A stretch of 54,386 nt of DNA, counting the filler, from Xylographa opegraphella (taxonomy: Eukaryota): NCBI GenBank assembly GCA_022813865.1. It is 10 parts of 10 records of this genome, joined end to end, with 100 filler letters (N's around TTAATTAATTAA, not from the genome) between each part and the next. Parts side by side here need not be neighbours in the genome. Positions count along the whole stretch, not along the records: positions 49,362 to 54,386 come from JALDZX010000241.1; 9 more parts are not named here. The stretch is one strand, 5' to 3'. The notes beneath the pieces are model-generated. The model did not search any database and had not been told where the DNA came from. It saw only the letters and a list, made by a program, of their open reading frames with translations. Position 1 is the stretch's first letter; each line of letters starts with the position of its first letter. Position numbers and translations under genes: made by a program. Shown piece by piece: positions 51,252-54,386 of the stretch.

Positions 51252-52082
51252 CTAATCGTCCCAAAAATCCTTTCCGCCATACTTGTTGCCAATAAGAGCT
51301 TTTCCATCATCATCCACCACCACGCCGTTATATATATAAGACGCCCCTACCGCCTTCCCATACCAGTCACTGCTAAAAATGTCACCAGCCTAAGCCTTTT
51401 CTTTAACTAATACGTTCAGGTATCGATGACCACTAAGAGCTTCTTTGGCAGCATTTTGCAGTAGGTTATCAATACCTTCTGCAACACTCTGAACTAACTC
51501 TAGGGCTCCTCGATCATGAAGTTCAGTCGCTTCCTGCCTGACCAGTAAAACCTGGGCTTGAGGAGCAGGGAATATTTTCTCGATGTTGTCAATAAGTGAA
51601 GAGATACCTTCAATAAGGCTCTTGAATTCGGATTTGCGATAAAGAGCCCATTGCGTGATTTTCAGGATATTACTCCTCTTCTATCGCTTGATAGCCAGCT
51701 CCCTCATCTTGTTGTTCAACGCTACGAAGGTTGAGTCCATACTATTACTGAAAAGAACAGAAAGGTCTTCGCCAGTTGTATACTGCTGTAAAAATTTTGC
51801 CGAATCGGCGAAAAGCATAAGGATCTGATACAATATATTTTTAACCGTCTGAATCTGTTCTGATGTCGCATCGGGCCTTCCCATTTTCGGATCGTTCAGA
51901 ATATCCACAGCTTGCCCTCAACGGGTCAAACGGATTCGAGAGCAGTTCAGAGTCAGCAAATCTATCTGATAGTCTCGCCCAAAGTGACGCCCAAACTGCA
52001 CATACTCGAAGCAATCGACACAGGCCGTGAAGGCGGCAGCGATGCTGACAGCACCAGCGACAATGCCAAATGCTTCAGCCAT
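51252..52082 (-). pseudogene. het-S: HET-S homologue (HeLo domain + C-terminal prion-forming domain), 276 codons, three premature stops
   Basis: Starts MAEAFGIVAGAVSIAAAFTACVDCFEYVQFGRHFGRDY, ends GKALIGNKYGGKDFWDD (Podospora HET-s ends VLIGNEYGGKGFWDN). Single frame with stops at 51918-51920, 51681-51683 and 51390-51392. Confidence 0.93.
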
Positions 52083-52405
52083 TATAATAGTGTAACAGGC
52101 AGGTGCTTTAGCCAGACGATATGCTCTAAACAGCAAAGAAGATCAGAAAATGGTTAGATTGCTTGCTGTAAGTAAAATTGTCTGCAGAATCGCGTTTGAT
52201 TGCTCTAAGAGCACAGTTTGCTGCCTAAGTCTATCCGAGGTCCTAGCCTAGCCGTAGCCTATCACACCAGAACAAGGCCAGCGCGAGCCGCTCCTACTGT
52301 AGGCCTTGTTTAGAGAATACTATAATCTTAGCAGTCAAGCCGACCGGCATGTCCGCCTAATTGTCAATGCTGCTTCCAGCGGCCACTAACTGATCCGTCG
52401 CCTCA

Positions 52406-54386
52406 ATGGCTGATCCCTCCAGGCCAGGGAATCAATACCAACACATTCGGATCGATCAAGGCGGGAAAGCTCAACTGGGCGACACGTATATTCTCCGTGA
52501 GCTTTCGCATCCCATCCGAGAAGTGATATCTGCTGACATACGCACGTCTCCTTGATCAGCGGCTCCAGCCCCTCCGTTACCTCCATCCTATCGACTTGGC
52601 TTAAATCTTGAAGATGCGCCGCAGATTGACGAGCAGCTCTTCGTCGGACGAGAGGACGAGCTTGCTCATCTACACGAATGGTTGTCTCCGTCAACGGAAC
52701 GACAGAATGTGGTGGCCATCTCGGGACTCGGAGGGATGGGTAAAACACAGCTTAGTCTGCACTTTGCGCGACAACACCATCAACGCTATTCGGCTGTGAT
52801 CTGGCTGAATGCCAGCAGCGAAGTCACGCTAAAGGCGGCATACATGTCTCTCGCGCAGCGCATCCAACGCCACAACAAGCAACGCGAGGCTGGACAGAGC
52901 GAGGTGATAGTGCAATTGAAGGAAGAGCAGGCTATCCAACTGGTTCGACAGTGGCTGTCACAAGCGGAGAATAAGACGTGGTTGTTGATGTTCGATAATT
53001 ACGATGATCCACGGCTTCCTGGCATTCGCAGCAGCACTGGATACGACATTCGCATTTTTTTTCCCTACTCCACCCAAGGATCGATCCTGCTCACAACCCG
53101 ATCTTCTCGCATTACCTTTGCGAAGTCGGGACGCCTTAACAAGTTCGATGACCTCAATCTGAGTCTGGCAGTTCTAACAAGGCGATCGGGTCGACAGGCA
53201 CACGAAGGTAAGTGTATATGGTCACTGGGGATCAATACCGACCTTGTATCTAACGACCTCTGTTGCTTAACCCAGATATAAATGCGAAGAAACTGGCGGA
53301 ACGGTTTGACGGACTTCCATTAGCGTTGGCCACGGCGGGCGACTATATCCGTCAGACGGCGGATTCGTTCGGTGAATACCTTCAAATGTACGAGCAGAGC
53401 TGGGCAGACCTGGCCGAGAACAGTGATAACTTGATGGAGTACGGCGATCGAACGCTGTATTCGACATGGAATCTATCGCTAAAGCAGGTCGCCGCTCAAG
53501 ATCCTGAAGCGGCAAAGCTGGTTCGGCTGATGGGGTATCTGGGCAACACGGATCTGTGGTATGAGCTGTTTCAGAAGGGTGCAGAATCCGCGCCGGAGTG
53601 GTTCTGCAACATCACGAAAAGCAAAGCGCGATTCAATAAAGCAATGGCGACACTGCACGGTTATTCATTGATTGAAGCGATGCCAGGTCACTACAGTCTT
53701 CACGCGTGCGTGCATGACTGGGTTTTGGAGTATCTGATCGGCAAGATCGATATAACGCTATTTGGCTTAGCGATGCATTGTGTTGCGCAGAATGTTGCTT
53801 GGGATACTACGCCCGAATACTGGGTGGTCAACAGCCGTTTAAACCATCACGCTCTTCGAATCGAGCATTGTCATCAAAGGGACGTTGTCGATTGGAACAT
53901 TGTCGATATGGACGATATTTTTAATATAGGTTATTTGAATTATATGATCGGGAGACTGAAAGAAGCGAAGGAGATGTATGTGCGGGCGCTGGAAGGATAC
54001 GAGAAGGCATGGGGTGCGGAGCACACATCGACGCTGAGCATGGTCCACAACCTGGGGAATCTCTACGCGGATCAAGGCAAGATGGCCGAGGCGGAGAAGA
54101 TGTACATGCGGGCGCTGGAAGGAAAGGAGAAGGCATGGGGTGCGGAGCACACATCGACGCTGAGCACGGTCCACAACCTGGGGAATCTCTACGCGGATCA
54201 AGGCAAGATGGCCGAGGCGGAGAAGATGTACATGCGGGCGCTGGAAGGAAAGGAGAAGGCATGGGGTGCGGAGCACACATCGACGCTAGAGACGGTCAAC
54301 AACCTGGGGAATCTCTACAAGAATCAAGGCAAGATGGCCGAGGCGGAGAAGATGTACATGCGGGCGCTGGAAGGAAAGGAGAAGGC
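52406..54386 (+). CDS. Fungal NLR: N-terminal amyloid motif, NB-ARC, TPR repeats. Exons 52406-52496, 52560-53207, 53276->54386 (3' end outside the window)
   Basis: FVGREDEL, P-loop GLGGMGKTQL, Walker B LLMFDNYD, ILLTTR, GLPLAL, LHACVHDW, 42-aa TPRs. Two phase-1 GT-AG introns with branch sites give a continuous frame. Confidence 0.93.
53950..54386 (+). repeat. Near-identical 126-bp TPR-coding tandem repeats
   Basis: GAGAAGGCATGGGGTGCGGAGCACACATCGACGCT recurs at 54001, 54127 and 54253. Confidence 0.96.

Noticed and set aside
53839..54280. Repetitive minus-strand ORFs
   Set aside because: Antisense shadows of the TPR repeats.

Overview
Fungal (filamentous ascomycete-type) DNA made of ten unrelated contigs of about 5.0-5.5 kb. 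They are joined by artificial 100-nt N/TTAATTAATTAA/N linkers and ordered by decreasing length. Most of the window is AT-rich, RIP-degraded transposon sequence with nested Ty3/gypsy, Ty1/copia and pogo-type elements and at least eight families of short LTRs, many with target-site duplications. Host genes: an Ipa1/UBE3D-like HECT_2 gene, a small secreted protein and a cys-3/metR bZIP sulfur regulator. The highlight is on the last contig: a head-to-head fungal amyloid-signalling pair. A het-S-type HeLo + prion-forming-domain gene, broken by three nonsense transitions, faces an apparently intact NB-ARC/TPR NLR whose 30-codon first exon encodes a matching HET-s-related amyloid motif. Also notable: an antisense Zn2Cys6-like ORF in a chromovirus, a structured intron with AATAAA in the Ipa1-like gene, and a probable self-priming gypsy element.
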